DNA from: Octopus bimaculoides
Taxonomy: Eukaryota
Direction: 5' to 3'
DNA length: 64,000 nucleotides
Assembly (NCBI RefSeq): GCF_001194135.2
Contig: NC_068984.1
Location: 5,612,693-5,676,692 of the forward strand
The notes under the pieces are model-generated. The model saw nothing but the letters and a program-made list of their open reading frames with translations, was not told where the DNA came from and ran no database searches. The translations under genes were made by a program, and so were the position numbers. Position 1 is the first letter of the stretch, and each line of letters opens with the position of its first letter. Below, one piece after another: positions 51,299 to 64,000 of this stretch.

Positions 51299-52919
51299 CC
51301 CTATCTAGTCTTTGAGGTCATATTTTTGGACATGATAGCACACTCATGTAGAGAGCTGTAGTTTACAGAACTGTATAAAGGTGTCGGTCTGCTATTTTGG
51401 AGAGGGATTTGTCGAGGCTGAGGACTGAACCCGGATTTAGAGATGGATATTCAAAGACTACAATAAAATAACGTTGAAGACATCTAGCCTGGTGCACTAT
51501 TGATTGTCTTCGATTTCACTGTCATTATGCAATCAAACAAAATTTGCAATACTGACCATGAAAATTCTAAAAGCAACACATGAGGTTCTGTTTGATTTGC
51601 TATCTGTTTAACAGTGCTAAGCAGCTCAAAGTTACGTTTAGTTTAGTTATGTTCTCCTTGTATCAATAAAGATATCTCTCTTCATATTATCATAGTCTTT
51701 TATTCTTACAAGATTAAGAACACGTCGGGTCATCAGGGTTAAAACATACAGGCATTCTGTAGAGTTAATATATATTGATTTCTTGAATTGAGTGGCCGCA
51801 GAGCAGGAAGTAAGCACGGATACGGCAGAAGACGATGACATAGTTTTCTATCCTTTGTTCAAGTAATTTCACTTACGTTAATCACAATTGCTTCTTTTGC
51901 ATTATTCATAAATATGGGACACCAAAAATGCACTCACTTTGATGATTTCTTTCTTGAGAAGTGTTTTAATTTATGTAGCTATCGATTTCGTTATTGAATG
52001 AAGCTTGTATTTTAAGTTCAATCATTTTCAGTGGATTGTGCATCTCTATGTGTGTATATTATGTGCAAACACCTACCAACTTTTTTGTTATGTACCTTTC
52101 TTACCCGGTCCTCCCTCGTTGTTCTTAGATTCACAGTGTGTGCATCGAGACATATATAGTCTTTCAACAATTTCACCATTATTATTTATTTGGTCGCACT
52201 TTTCTATTACATCAACACACTTTTTCACTCAAGTTTTCTTGTCTTTTTTGTTGTCTTATTAAACCCAATTTCTCAAATTTCAGCCTCTTACGAATTCTTA
52301 CTAACTACAACCATACAACAATTCTTCTAATATAATTCTCCTTTATTCTGTAGAATCTGGTAAATGAATTTTAACAAAACCTTAATACTGTGTATCGGAT
52401 TTAATACTACATGTGGCTGTGAAGGTGCGTGGCCTACTGGTTAGGGCTTAATACTTATGGTCATAATGTTGTGGATTCAATTCGTGTGTCGGGTGCAGCA
52501 TTGTGTCCTAAAATAAGGCACAGCATCTCACGTTGTTCCAATCTACTTCGTTGAAAGTGGGTACCGTTGAGTGCTGTGCTGCCCTCTCTCCTTTCAGCTG
52601 TTCCTCCTTGTATATGCCGCTGGGTCAGAGGCAAGGAAAGTCGAGAGCCTGTCCGTGTTTTCTAATGAGAGTAGGGCACCAAAACAAATAAATGAAAACC
52701 TGGTAATAGTTATCAGGTCACCGTAGTCCTCTTGCGGACCAAGACAGATAATTATCTTCTGCTGAAGAATCTGGTTTGCAACAGTCGGTTCCACTAAATG
52801 TATTCGAGGACCATATAGTCACGAGTTAAGAGGACCACTCACTAGCAAGATGGTTTGGTAGATGTAACGCCTTTCTTTTCTCCAAAAGTGAAATGGATTC
52901 CACATGCCATGGCTTACGC

Positions 52920-53256
52920 CAGGCCTGGCCAACTCGAGTTACATTGTGGGCCACTTTAATCACATAAAGTTTTTTGAGGGCCACTTGTGTACTGACAGAA
53001 TTGAAGGCATTTTGCTTTGTCATGCTATTATTAGAATAACGAATGAATGATCGTCGATTCAACATGAAATATTATCCTTGCAAAAACAGTAGTATCTTTC
53101 TTTTTTTTTTTTTACTTTTGGTTATAATTCTACTTTTTGATAAAATTTTAAACATGTTTGTTTAAATAAACCCATTTCAAGAAAGTATCATGCGGGGCGC
53201 AAGGTAAAAATCTGCGGGCCGCATTCGGGCCGCGGGTCTCATATTGGCCAGCCCTC
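52920..53256. mobile_element. hAT-type MITE
   Basis: TIRs CAGGCCTGGCCAA / TTGGCCAGCCCTC and a GC-rich subterminal gcgggccgcattcgggccgcggg. Degenerate 8-bp TSD gcttacgc / gcttagac. Confidence 0.65.
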
Positions 53257-53958
53257 GCTTAGACGATTTCACATTGTCTGACAAACCCCTCACAAGAAAG
53301 AACAAAATAAAGAAGTTTGCTTCCCGGAGACATGCTGCTAAATTCAGACGTAATGCGCAGCAGCTTGGCGGAAGTGTCTTCTATAGCCTAAGGCCAACCA
53401 GAGCTTTGCGAGTAGATTTGGTAAGCGGAAACTCTGTGTGTGTTTGAGTTTCGGTTTGTACCCTACCACCTCTTGACAACTGGTGTTCGTGTGTTTATGT
53501 TAAATGACTGAAGCAAATAAACGATGAAAATTATTTTTCTTTTTAAACGGACACAAAATCTTCAACATTTTAGGAGAACGAAAATGATTATATGACATTC
53601 ATAGCTTTTCCCTTGAGACAACGCAGAAGGATATGAAGTGAAACAGCTTCAATGGAGGATTGAAGTTAAGTCCTCGTCTTATCTAATCACCTTCCCGTAT
53701 TTTCTATGTCACTCCTCACATATATATATAGCGATGTAATTTTGCAAATTGAACAGATTTCAGTACATGCAAGACATTGTTAGAGACCGATTTACATGAC
53801 CTGTTTTATTAAACCCAAAGTGACTAGAGATGAAGCGGAGTTCAGTAGGATTTCAACTTGGAGATAACCAGCTCTCATTACATCCATCGTTTGATATCAA
53901 CCACACTATTGCAGTGCATCTAAGTGGACAACAACAGTTTTTTTTCTCCTTCCTTCTC

Positions 53959-54042
<84 letters not shown>

Positions 54043-54047
54043 GCGGA

Positions 54048-54245
54048 GGCCTCGAAAGACATTTTAAGATCCACAAAGATCAGAACTTATCTGCAGTTCT
54101 TGGTGGTGCAAATCTGATTTGCAATCTGTGTGGGTGTCTTTTTAGAACATTGTCTGGTTTAAAAAGCCACATGAGATGCCATGATAGTGCTAAGGTGTAG
54201 GAACAGGAGGTGGTCCAACTCTGTATAAAGAGTAGACAACCACCG
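54048..54245 (+). mobile_element. 3' tip of an RTE-like LINE carrying C2H2 zinc-finger codons
   Basis: GLERHFKIHKDQ...LICNLCGCLFRTLSGLKSHMRCHDSAKV* (stop 54198-54200). The architecture matches the RTE C-terminus at 35625-35692. Confidence 0.6.
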
Positions 54246-54313
54246 TATATATACGTATGCACGTATGCCTATATCTATGAATGTATTTATATTTGTATAT
54301 GCATGTGAAATGA

Positions 54314-54348
<35 letters not shown>

Positions 54349-54640
54349 AAGTATTGCATCTATATACATGTTGATAACGCGTGAGTATATACGTATGCTC
54401 GGACACGCATTTATACACGCACATACATGTGTATGTGCGTGTGTATATATATAGTGTGTGTGTGTTTACCGCTTCGTTATAGGTAGTTTCTACAAAAAAG
54501 CATTCCATCCAGTGAGAGATAAATATGTTCTTTTGTAAATTGTGTATATTAAACGATATTGAATATCAAAATCGAATCTTTCAAAGAGATCAAACGATAT
54601 TCTAATATTATTTCCCTGCCTTGCTCTAGATTGTTATACG

Positions 54641-54671
<31 letters not shown>

Positions 54672-54939
54672 TTATTATAAGGAAGAGTAACTATATTTTG
54701 AATAACGTTCAACTTTTCCTCTGGAGTATTGGCTACCTCAGTAAAGAGAACTGACTGTAACACTAGCGATATCTCAACGTTCTCTATACCACGTGATCAA
54801 CTACTCTACTGCTTTGAAGATTAAATAACTTCGTCTTTACACAGTCGCACAGAAATCAGCTAGAAATAGCATTTAAACCTGCTAAAATTACTCTTTATCG
54901 TTTTAACAGGAAATGGCGTAATTACTTATCTTTTTTTTT

Positions 54940-55290
54940 CCTGGTTTTCATCCCTGGTCTTTTGCCATGCTGGTGCACCACTCGGTTTTGTTTCCGGTTT
55001 TGTTTTTGGTGAAGTAGCGAGTTGGACGGAACTGCTCTTCTTTGCATCTCCTGCCGCGATGTAAGTTCATCTGGTATCTTAGATAGAAACCTGTCCAGAC
55101 GTTCCTTGAAAACTTCCACATTAACACCATGTAGATCTCTAAGGTTGCCTGGCAGGATGTTGAACAACTGCGAGCCTTTGAAACCCAGACTATCGCAGTA
55201 CTGTGTTATTATTTTAGATGGGGAAGATGGGAGTTTTGGTATGATGCAGTGCCGTCCAGTTCGACGATTGGTATAGCTGTCAATTTATTG
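54940..55290 (-). mobile_element. CR1/L2-group LINE ORF2 3' fragment
   Basis: Minus frame GRHCIIPKLPSSPSKIITQYCDSLGFKGSQLFNILPGNLRDLHGVNVEVFKERLDRFLSKIPDE, with the typical LFNxLP...FKxxLDxFL pattern. Confidence 0.75.
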
Positions 55291-55568
55291 CTTATATTCT
55301 TATACTTCATAGAAAGAAAAAAAAATTCTTACTAATCTTCGGTTACGGCTGAGCTGGTTTACTACTACTGAGAACTGAATGTTATATAGCAGACTCGGTA
55401 GAGTTGTTTTCTTAGATTTAGTCATGTCACGCTTATATTCTTGGTTCAAATTCTACCGCAATAGATTTTGTATTTCATCTTTCTAGTGGTTCGATAAATC
55501 GCCTAAAATATATCGGATTATCCAGATGAATTTTACCTAAAATATCTGTATTGTGGCTAGTCAATCAC

Positions 55569-55601
<33 letters not shown>

Positions 55602-56082
55602 ACGATCTTTAACCGTGGTTACGCTGCCGATCAAATTATTTGTTAATCATGCACGTACTTTCTTGTAGTAGTAGTAGTAGTAGTAGTAGTAGACTGTTAT
55701 ATAGTGCAAGTCTCGTTAGTTACTATGGTGATAATAGTCTACATCTCTTTCTTTCTCACAGTAGTTCATTAAGAACCTTTTTTTCTTCATGAATTAAATA
55801 TTAATTCTTTCGCGCGCGCACACTCACTCACTCACTCACTCACTCACTCTCACACCAACAATTCTGTCATAGCGAAAGTCATTTTCTGAAGTGTTTGTTG
55901 CAGTGTCTCTATGTTGAGACACAAACGCACACGGTCCAAACCAGAACAAATGTTATATAACGAAAATCTATTTTGTTTTTTTAGCTGTGTTGTGTTGTGT
56001 TGACAGACGTGCACTTAAAATTCCCGCGTTCTTAGTCAAAAACCTCTAAGTTAGTAAGGTTAAAAATCTATCTATCTATCTA

Positions 56083-56522
56083 GTGGAGGGAAGATACGAT
56101 GACGTTCGCAGAGCAAACCTGGGCATCGACGAGGAATACCTGACCCGCCTGTTCAAGACGACTTTCGATCCAGGACCTATGCACAACTTCTAGAGATCCC
56201 TCGCCTGGCAGTGCTATCGAGAAGCACTACCCGTTCGGAATAAGCTCTACAGGCATGGCTCGAGAAACACGGGGCCGACCTGTCTGAGATGCGGTCAGAG
56301 CGACGAAACCGTCCTGCAAACACTCGTACAGTGTCCAACCATTTCCGACCTGTGGGCCTAAGTAGAACCACTGCTATTGCGTATGGGACGAGTCAGTTTA
56401 TCAACCGAGACTGTCGTAATTATTGTCGCGCCTCCTTCCTTTAAACGAGAAGGAAGAGCCATTTTCATCGTACGTGTGGCTATGGCGAAAGAATGTGTAT
56501 GGTGGACGCGTCTGAAAGGTCT
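56083..56522 (+). mobile_element. Tx1/L1-clade LINE ORF2 fragment with zinc knuckle
   Basis: One frame with two stops: SLAWQCYREALPVRNKLYRHG...CLRCGQSDETVLQTLVQCPTISDLWA*...AKECVWWTRLKG. It is truncated by an antisense SINE. Confidence 0.82.
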
Positions 56523-56526
56523 CTTT

Positions 56527-57032
56527 TACTGTGGCCATGCTGGAACATCGCCTTTAGTCGAGCAAATCGCCCCTAGGACTTATTCTTTGTAAGCCTAGTA
56601 CTTATTCTATCGGTGTATTTTGCCGAATCGCTAAGTGANNNNNNNNNNAGCCTAGTACTTATTCTATCGGTGTATTTTGCCGAATCGCTAAGTGACGGGG
56701 ACGTAAGCACACCAGCATCGGTTGTCAAGCGATGTTGGAAGAAACACATGGTTCAGAGTTCAGTCCCACTACGTCGAACCCGGGCCAACCAATGCCTTCT
56801 GAGTAGATTTGGTTGACGGAAACTGCAAGAAACCTGTCGTGTGTGTCTGTGTTTCTTCCCAACCACCACTGACAACCGGTGTTTGTATGTTTACGTCCTT
56901 GTAATCCAGTGATTCAGCAAGAGAGACCGATATAATTAGTATAAAGCTTGACAAACTAAGTACGGGAGTCATTTCGTTCGGCTAAAATATCTCCAAGACG
57001 GTGCTCTCGCATGGTCGCAGTCAAATGACTGT
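56527..57032. mobile_element. Two family A SINE pieces in opposite orientation
   Basis: Antisense 3' half at 56527-56737 and a sense copy at 56740-57032. Confidence 0.8.
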
Positions 57033-58789
57033 ATTCTAAAGCATGAAAGACGTACTTTTTCTCTCGTAAAAGCTTTAAAATTCACCATGTCTCTTTCAGG
57101 ACGCTACTTGATAAGTTGTACCTTTCTGAAATTAATGGGGTGGTTGAGGACAGTCGAAGTTGGTGGCTTAGAGTTGGATAGCATTGGCGAATGGGGTACA
57201 ATGATCACGATGTGTCGCATAAATAATCACAGGCGTGCACTGCAGTACCCGTCAGAAAACCACTGGGTAATTAGCCATTACCTGGTAACTTCACCCGACA
57301 ACGGACATGAGCACTCTGCTGGTTCAATATCCAGCTTTGTCTGATAACAGGCTATTAGCATGTACCTGCTGGCCAGTTACTGTACGTATGAATGAGACTC
57401 CGGTAAATATATAAAAAAAAAATATATATATTTTCCAACAAGTACCTTTTCAAAACTACGGTATGTCTTCTACGAAGTAATGTCTTCCATGCCACAAAAT
57501 ACAATAACTTATTAACTAGTTTTTAAATAACTTAACATTTTTAGAATGAAACAATGCATCTTATTGAATGAGCTTTTGTTGCCTGCAAGGCATTTCCCAT
57601 CTTTCTCACTAATAACCGGTCATTATTCTTGAAAGTGTGTGTACTTGTCATTGCCCTGGGGGATTAACTGTGACAAATATAAATTATACGTGAAACACTG
57701 TTTAGTCTGAAAACAACATAATATTAATAATAGTGATAATAATGATGTTATTAATATTTGTTGTGGATTTTTTAATTTTAAATTACATGACGCCAAGAAT
57801 TTTATTTTTCACTGAAAATGTGTAAATATTTTATATTCTGTTTTCGGAGTCATTTAGTTCAAGCTGTCTTCAAAAAATATAGAAAAATAGTTGTTTAGGA
57901 ATTACTTATGTTTTTAATATCTCCAAAATTTTCTAGTTTCAAAGACTTTGAGAAATGAAAAAGGAAATATTAAAAGCAAAAGATATTTACCAGAAATATT
58001 CAGATGGGAGGAAAAAAAAACACAGCTTATTTAAAATACACTGTTAGAAATTTTAAAAAATAAACCTAATTAAATGGCGCATGGTTAATAGCGTTTCGTT
58101 TAAATAGCTGCGGGTATGAAATCTTTTATAAGATCAATCATAAGTCTGTCTCGTTATCTAAACTTTAAAAATAAAATGAAATAAAGTTTTGTTTGATTAG
58201 CAGAACATTTCGTCTAAGAGGATAAATAGTCTTGTTTCCTTCCTTTCTGGTCCTATTGTGCACTTTATTACTTTAATGAATTGGCAGAAATAGTAAAATA
58301 TTTAATATATTACAAGAACTGCGACTCGAACCCCAATGTGCAATGTTGAGATGCAGAAGTGCAAGTTGCTGCTGTTGATGTTAACCCCAAATTATGCACT
58401 GGTCCCGCTGTGACTTTCCCATCTGTTTGCAGAATATTTTATCTAGAATTTCATGTAGTGGGGCAAGAGATTTAAATCAAATACTATAACACTCTTAATG
58501 ACGTGAAAAATAAATTATCTTGACTGATTCTGTTAAATAAGGAAATGGGGAGACAACCCTGGGGTAGCCATACTGTATAGGTCAACCCTGCTCAAGTCGA
58601 AAGAATATTTACCGATTCCAAAGGAGAAACCAAGCCTCAGTGCAGATGAAAAGTATATTACGCAGACGACTACGAATTTTAAAAGTTTGTAGATTTTAAA
58701 TATGACGTTGGCGATTTTATTTGTTAGAATAATATTCTGACGAACGTCGGTGATTAACAGCAAAGAGCGTGAAAAATACGCTAATGATG

Positions 58790-59410
58790 ATTTCAAATTT
58801 TATCACAAAGCCAGAAATTTATGGCCAACTGATATTTATTTAATCGATTCCGAAAGGGTAAAAAGTAAAAGTGACCTCGGCAGAATTCAAACTCAGAACG
58901 TAGAGACGGATGATATACCACTTGGAATTTTGACTGGCGCGGTAACGTCTCTGCCGGCTTGCTGCCTTCCCAATGCGCTATTATTACCATCAATTCGAAG
59001 GCGGCGAGCTGGCAGAATGGTTAGCACGCCGGACGAAATGCTTAGCGGTATTTCGTCTGTCGCTATGGTCTGAGTTCAAATTCCGCTGAGGTCGACTTTG
59101 CCTTTTATTATTTCGGGGTCGATAAATTGAGTGCCAGTGAAACAGTGGGGTCGATCTAATCGACTAGCCTCATCCCCACAAATTTCAGGCCTTGTGGCTA
59201 TAATAGAAAGGATCATTACTATCAATTTTAAGGCAATGAGCAGGCAGGATCGGTAGAATGCAGACCATAATGCTTAGCGGTGTTTCGTCCGACTTTATTT
59301 TCTGAGTTCAAATTACAAAGAGGTCCCTTTCCCTGTGTTGAACACTGGGGTTGATGTAATTGATCTCCCTCCCCCCGAAACTGCTGGCTTTGTGCCAAAA
59401 TTTGAATGCA
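58790..59410. mobile_element. Cluster of three family B SINEs (minus 58790-58969, plus 58997-59215, plus 59228-59410)
   Basis: Head motif aaggcggcgagctggcagaa occurs at 58997 and its reverse complement ends at 58969. Confidence 0.85.
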
Positions 59411-62234
59411 AGGTTACAGTCAATACTTCTTGATGTTGATGCTGGGTAAGTTGTGGAAAATTTACAGGTTAATGGATTTGAGATTGCTTTTATTCAAAAC
59501 TAAATATACACGATTAGCAAGGAAATATATATAAAAAAATTGTTTAGCGTAGATTCTGATATAATTGTATGGTGAAGAAACTCGCTTTGTAGTCAATGTC
59601 TTGCGAGAGAATTTGGTAAACTGTGTAGAAGCATGTCATGTATGTACGTATATACATGTGTGTGTGTTGTAATAAATACTTCACGAAAATGTATAATTCT
59701 GCATTCTTCTATATAATGTTTCGGTTTATATACACGTACATTGTCAACTTTTACTTTTTCGCAAAGAATTTTATTCCTTCTGTTTAATTCAATCGATGAC
59801 CAAATTAAAAGTGATAAAAGATCATTGTTCTGCTACATTTTGCGATACTATAATGGAAAATTAGTGGAATAAATACACTATGATGAGAAAATGTGTTGCA
59901 AATGTTGAGGTGTAACGCAGTGACGTAACCTCTAAGCATTTAACCGTTTGTCCGTCCAGAGTTTGTCCTGAACGTCCATGCTTATTTTCAAACTTGTATC
60001 ATATTTTCTTAGTATTATAAATCTTGCTTTTCATTGGACACAATTGATCCTGGTAGTTGAAAAGCATTGGGAATGTGAATTGTACATGGTGCAAGGATGC
60101 TAGAGAAATATCTCTTGTGTATCACTTGCAATTATAGGCTAAGATGCTCCAAAGAGGATCCGAATTTTGTTAACTTCATAAAAATTGGTGGCGTAGAAAT
60201 AGTTTACAAGGCCAGAAATGGTCGAACTGGATAAATAGTAAGGTCCATATTTGTCTTTAAATTATATCTCTGTTAAGAAACGTTTATAATGATTTAGCTT
60301 AATTGAAGTATTTGAACGCAGCGAATCTTGTCAAGATTGGTACCGAAGATAAAAATTATAGAGTAGAAAGTGTTCAGTTCGTAAAGAACTAAGCATTTAA
60401 ATTCGTTTTTAAGCCATCTTATTTCTGCTATTTTAGGAAACATTAAAATATATATATGTATTTACGTAGCATGTAAATTTTCTTTCAAACCATCTTATCA
60501 CTGCTATTTTAGGAAACAATAACATATATAAATCTTAATGTTTAATCTGATCCGTTTACACTGTGGCCGTGCAGTGTAAACCCACCTTGAAGGGATTTTG
60601 CGAACGCATTGACCCCAGTATTTATTTTTTTCTTTTTAGTATGTTACTATCCTATCGGTGTTTTCCTGACCACACAGCCTTCTTAAAATATCAAAATGCC
60701 GGGAGTCTGGTACTGAAAATATAATTCTTTCGGTAGAAGCAAATAATGATTAAAGAAAAACTGATAGTTTTTGAGGGTAATCTCTCATCTATTTTGTGAC
60801 ATTGGAAGCTTTCTAAAATAAATTGAAAACTGCATAGAAGCGCTGACAGGGGTGAACTCCTTCCATACTTTGTTTTCGTTTGAGTTACAATTGATTGTAA
60901 GGTTATGGTTTCGATACCCGGACCCGGCAATGCGTTGAGTTCTTGAGCAAGGCACTTCATTTCACGTTGCTGTCGTCTACTCAAAAATGAGCATCAACCC
61001 TGCGACGAGCCGACATCCTGTCCAGGAGGGGAATATATTCGCCATAGGAATCGGGAAACCGGCCTTGTGAGTCTCTTGATTCGGAATGAGTTTTATCCTT
61101 TATCCTTGGGTTCCATCACGATGTTTGTATGGTGTGCATTTTTAAATACTTTATCAAGTGTAGCATTTTTGCATTAAAAAAAATTCTGATTTTCCAATAT
61201 TTTCGATATTGTGTGCCTTTAATAAACTCTTCCACGCGGGAATTTTAAGCGCAAAAATTTGTGGGTTTTATTGCAAGTTGAGGTGAAAATATATAATCTT
61301 TCATTGAAATTCAATTTTAAAAAATACCCAAGGTCCTTTGAAAATTAAAGGTTTCTTGAAGCATACACCAATTTAAGCTCATTGAATATTTCAGTTGTTT
61401 TCAGAATAGGATTCATTTTTTCAACTGTAAGATATAAAATTTCTATGGTTATTGTCATAGAAAAAAGAGAAAATGAATCCATACAAATAATAAACGTAAA
61501 TAAGACTTAGAGCTAAATTCAAGAGTGTAAATTACATTAGGAAAAATAAACATATAATAAAACTTTGATAAATTAATGAAACTGGGTTATAAAATTAATC
61601 ATTGTCAAACGTATTAATGGAGAAAATGTTTTTGAATGATTTTTAAAAATGATTATTTGCATTTAAATAAGAAAGCAACAAAAAATAAATCTCAAAATTT
61701 ATTTAAGACCATCGAAAATCTTATTTGTTATTTCTTATACATTGTTGTTTACTGTTATTCCACAGCTCGTGTTTCTAACTTTCTCCTGATAATCGTCACT
61801 GCATCCGGTGTTAGGAGCAAAGGAGATGTTAAGCTCCTACTTGACAACATAAAACATATCGCATAACTTGCCGTCTGGTGTTTAGTTTGTCATGACGGAG
61901 TTAAGCACATTTGAAGCCTTATCCTATGAGAACAATGACTGTGCCTTAGGTGTCTCTCGAGTACGTTGCTTTCTATCTGGCCTCATTCAGTTCATCTAAT
62001 TCTGCGTTATTGATATTCTTCCTCTTCATCTCGCATCCCTTATTGTCATTTTTAATTTCATTTTAGTTAATTCAAATGATTTATTTTTAGACATTTTTGA
62101 AAACAGGTATATTTAACTTATTTATTTTTAAAGGGGTTCTTCCTCTCAACAACAATTATTTTTTTTCTCTGAAAAAAGTGTTGCCTGTAACAAGAGTGGG
62201 ATTAGCAGGAAAATGTGAACCAGGAGTGATAATA

Positions 62235-62420
62235 CAGTTCTATATTTAAGAGATAAGGAATTATTTACATCTGACGATATTTGTCCTCATCTTGTTTGTT
62301 GCTAACAGAACGTTTCGGCCAATATACCCTCCAGCTTTCAAATGAAGGCTGGAGGATATATCAGCCGAAACGTTGTGCTAACAACAAACAAATATCCATC
62401 AAATGTATGTAAATAATGTA
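62235..62420. mobile_element. Fold-back insertion of two hammerhead-tail fragments, flanked by a TSD
   Basis: Arms 62260-62340 and 62343-62420 are inverted copies. The direct repeat caggagtgat occurs at 62221-62230 and 62421-62430. Confidence 0.75.
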
Positions 62421-63094
62421 CAGGAGTGATGATATTTTTAATTAATTTGATCTCGAAAAGTACAGGACAAGAAGTAGAAGCTTTAAAATATTGCACCTCA
62501 GCTTGAAATTTGAATTTTAAAAACCGCCTTTTGGATTCGGATAGCAAAAAGTAGGGAAAATGTGTAATGGATAACCAAGAAGTCTTTCGGTGGCATTTTG
62601 GTAATATAGTTAAATTCGATGGGTGCTTGACTAAGTGCGTTCATATCCAGTCAATGGTTTATGCTGAGTGTGTAGAAGATGAATTTAATTTTGTGTACTT
62701 TTGGGAAGAGAGATTAGGCAGGTTTTGGGATATATAAAGTCCCCAAAATACTGGACTTCCAAAGTTTTCTGAGCGTAGATTCCGAAGCTTTTGTCTGTAG
62801 AGAGGATGTTCATTTTTTTTTTTTCTTTTAATTGAAATAGACAAACTCCACCTTAAGTCCACCTAACCATATATCTGTGCTAATGGGATACTATTGCCTG
62901 TTATACTTTTACCTTTCAAGTTAATGTACATCCTAGTCACCTTTCCCTAAAGATGAGATCATATTTCTGTATGTTTAAACGTCAGTTCACCTCTACTTGG
63001 AATAACACGAGAGGAAAGCAGATGAACATTTTTAAAAGATGAAAAATAGATCTCATTTCCATTTAATGTACTTCAACCACTTCCGTCATAGACC

Positions 63095-63126
<32 letters not shown>

Positions 63127-64000
63127 NNNNNNNNNNNNNNNNNNNNNNNNNNNNNNNNNNNNNNNNNNNNNNNNNNNNNNNNNNNNNNNNNNNNNNNNNN
63201 NNNNNNNNNNNNNNNNNNNNNNNNNNTGTTGCTCTCCGCTGGAATGTATTTGATCACGTGTTCCCTTGATCAGCACTGACCCGCAGTTAAATATTAGCAA
63301 CAAGAATATTATTTTGTGCTTCTTATTTGTTTGTAAGATTGGAATTTTCGGTAAGTTTGATCTGCTGAAATGTGTTTTAGCACTCAGTAGCGCCCAAGAA
63401 AAAAAGTGAGCTGTTAATTTATCTGTCAAACATAATTAATTCCGTTCTGAAGAACTGTAAGTATTCAAAGAAGAAAAACAGCTGAAAGGAAGATTATTTT
63501 TACCTGAAATTATCAAAAGAGTGTTAATAGGTGTGATTGCATGCGAGGTGGAGTTATAATGTTTGTAGAATGGAGAAGATTCCATGGAATAAAGACGGAT
63601 CGTATTGACTGCGAAGTGTTGGAATTGACGTGTGTTTATAATAGGGGAAGAACAAACGGGGGTGGGTGGATAGATGAGATAAAGAGGAATGAGAAAACAA
63701 TGTAAGAGGGGAAAGAATGAAGACGGAGAGGCAGAGAGAGACATCATAAAGATGTAAGGAAGAAAAGGAATACTGAATGATTATGAGTGAGATGAAAATA
63801 AGAAGAATGGAGAAAGGGTAAGAAGGATAATGGAGGGAAGAGAGAACAGACCTGGCGGGGTAGAAACGAAGGAAATTTGAGCAATACACTACAACCGAAA
63901 TATTGGCAAGCTGTTTGAGGTTTTGGCGGTGAAAGTATTGGCAGTGTTAATGGCGCTGATAGTATCAGTGTTGTTGTGTTTGGTGCTGAAAGCAGAATTG

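Larger units (their letters stand above)
15910..63226. other. Assembly gaps (N runs) at 15910-15955, 16514-16616, 26947-27043, 41346-41464, 42558-42885, 56639-56648 and 63127-63226
   Basis: Directly visible; most abut (TA)n or (TG)n tracts. Confidence 0.98.

Noticed and set aside
51647-51841. 64-aa minus ORF MSSSSAVSVLTS...
   Set aside because: No recognisable homology. It lies just downstream of a minus-strand GTAAGT donor-like site, so it is more likely intronic.
56592-56696. Tandem duplication of about 47 bp around a 10-N gap
   Set aside because: Identical sequence on both sides of a nominal gap is a typical unmerged contig overlap.
60554-60581. Perfect 10-bp inverted repeat gtttacactg/cagtgtaaac
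   Set aside because: It sits inside a degenerate antisense SINE tail and is best explained as a local template-switch mutation.
1-64000. CRISPR arrays, rRNA, conserved bilaterian miRNAs, protocadherin or clustered C2H2 gene exons
   Set aside because: None seen on reading. The repeats are dispersed transposons or microsatellites, and I recognised no mature conserved miRNA or cadherin motif. A manual scan could miss short exons.

Overview
AT-rich animal genomic DNA from a draft scaffold with seven N gaps, most abutting (TA)n or (TG)n microsatellites. The SINE families present are ones I recognise from Octopus, so the source is probably an octopus (recognition from memory, not a database search). 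I find no intact protein-coding gene, tRNA or rRNA gene; the window looks like a large intron or intergenic tract. Almost all listed ORFs are microsatellite read-throughs or transposon debris. Supportable content: many tRNA-headed SINEs of at least three families; a decayed near-full-length RTE LINE (about 32.5-35.7 kb); fragments of RTE, Tx1/L1, R4/Dong-like and CR1-like LINEs; mariner and pogo relics; and several MITEs with readable TIRs and TSDs. Four observations stand out. (1) A minimal Penelope-type hammerhead ribozyme lies downstream of a tRNA B-box (30515-30560, minus), and a TSD-flanked fold-back copy of the same tail lies at 62.2-62.4 kb. (2) Two Tx1-like LINE copies both abut (ATCT)n microsatellites. 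(3) A fold-back DNA element with GG termini and an 8-bp TSD carries a back-to-back telomeric-repeat palindrome. (4) A three-layer mariner/hAT/mariner nest spans 16-18.4 kb.
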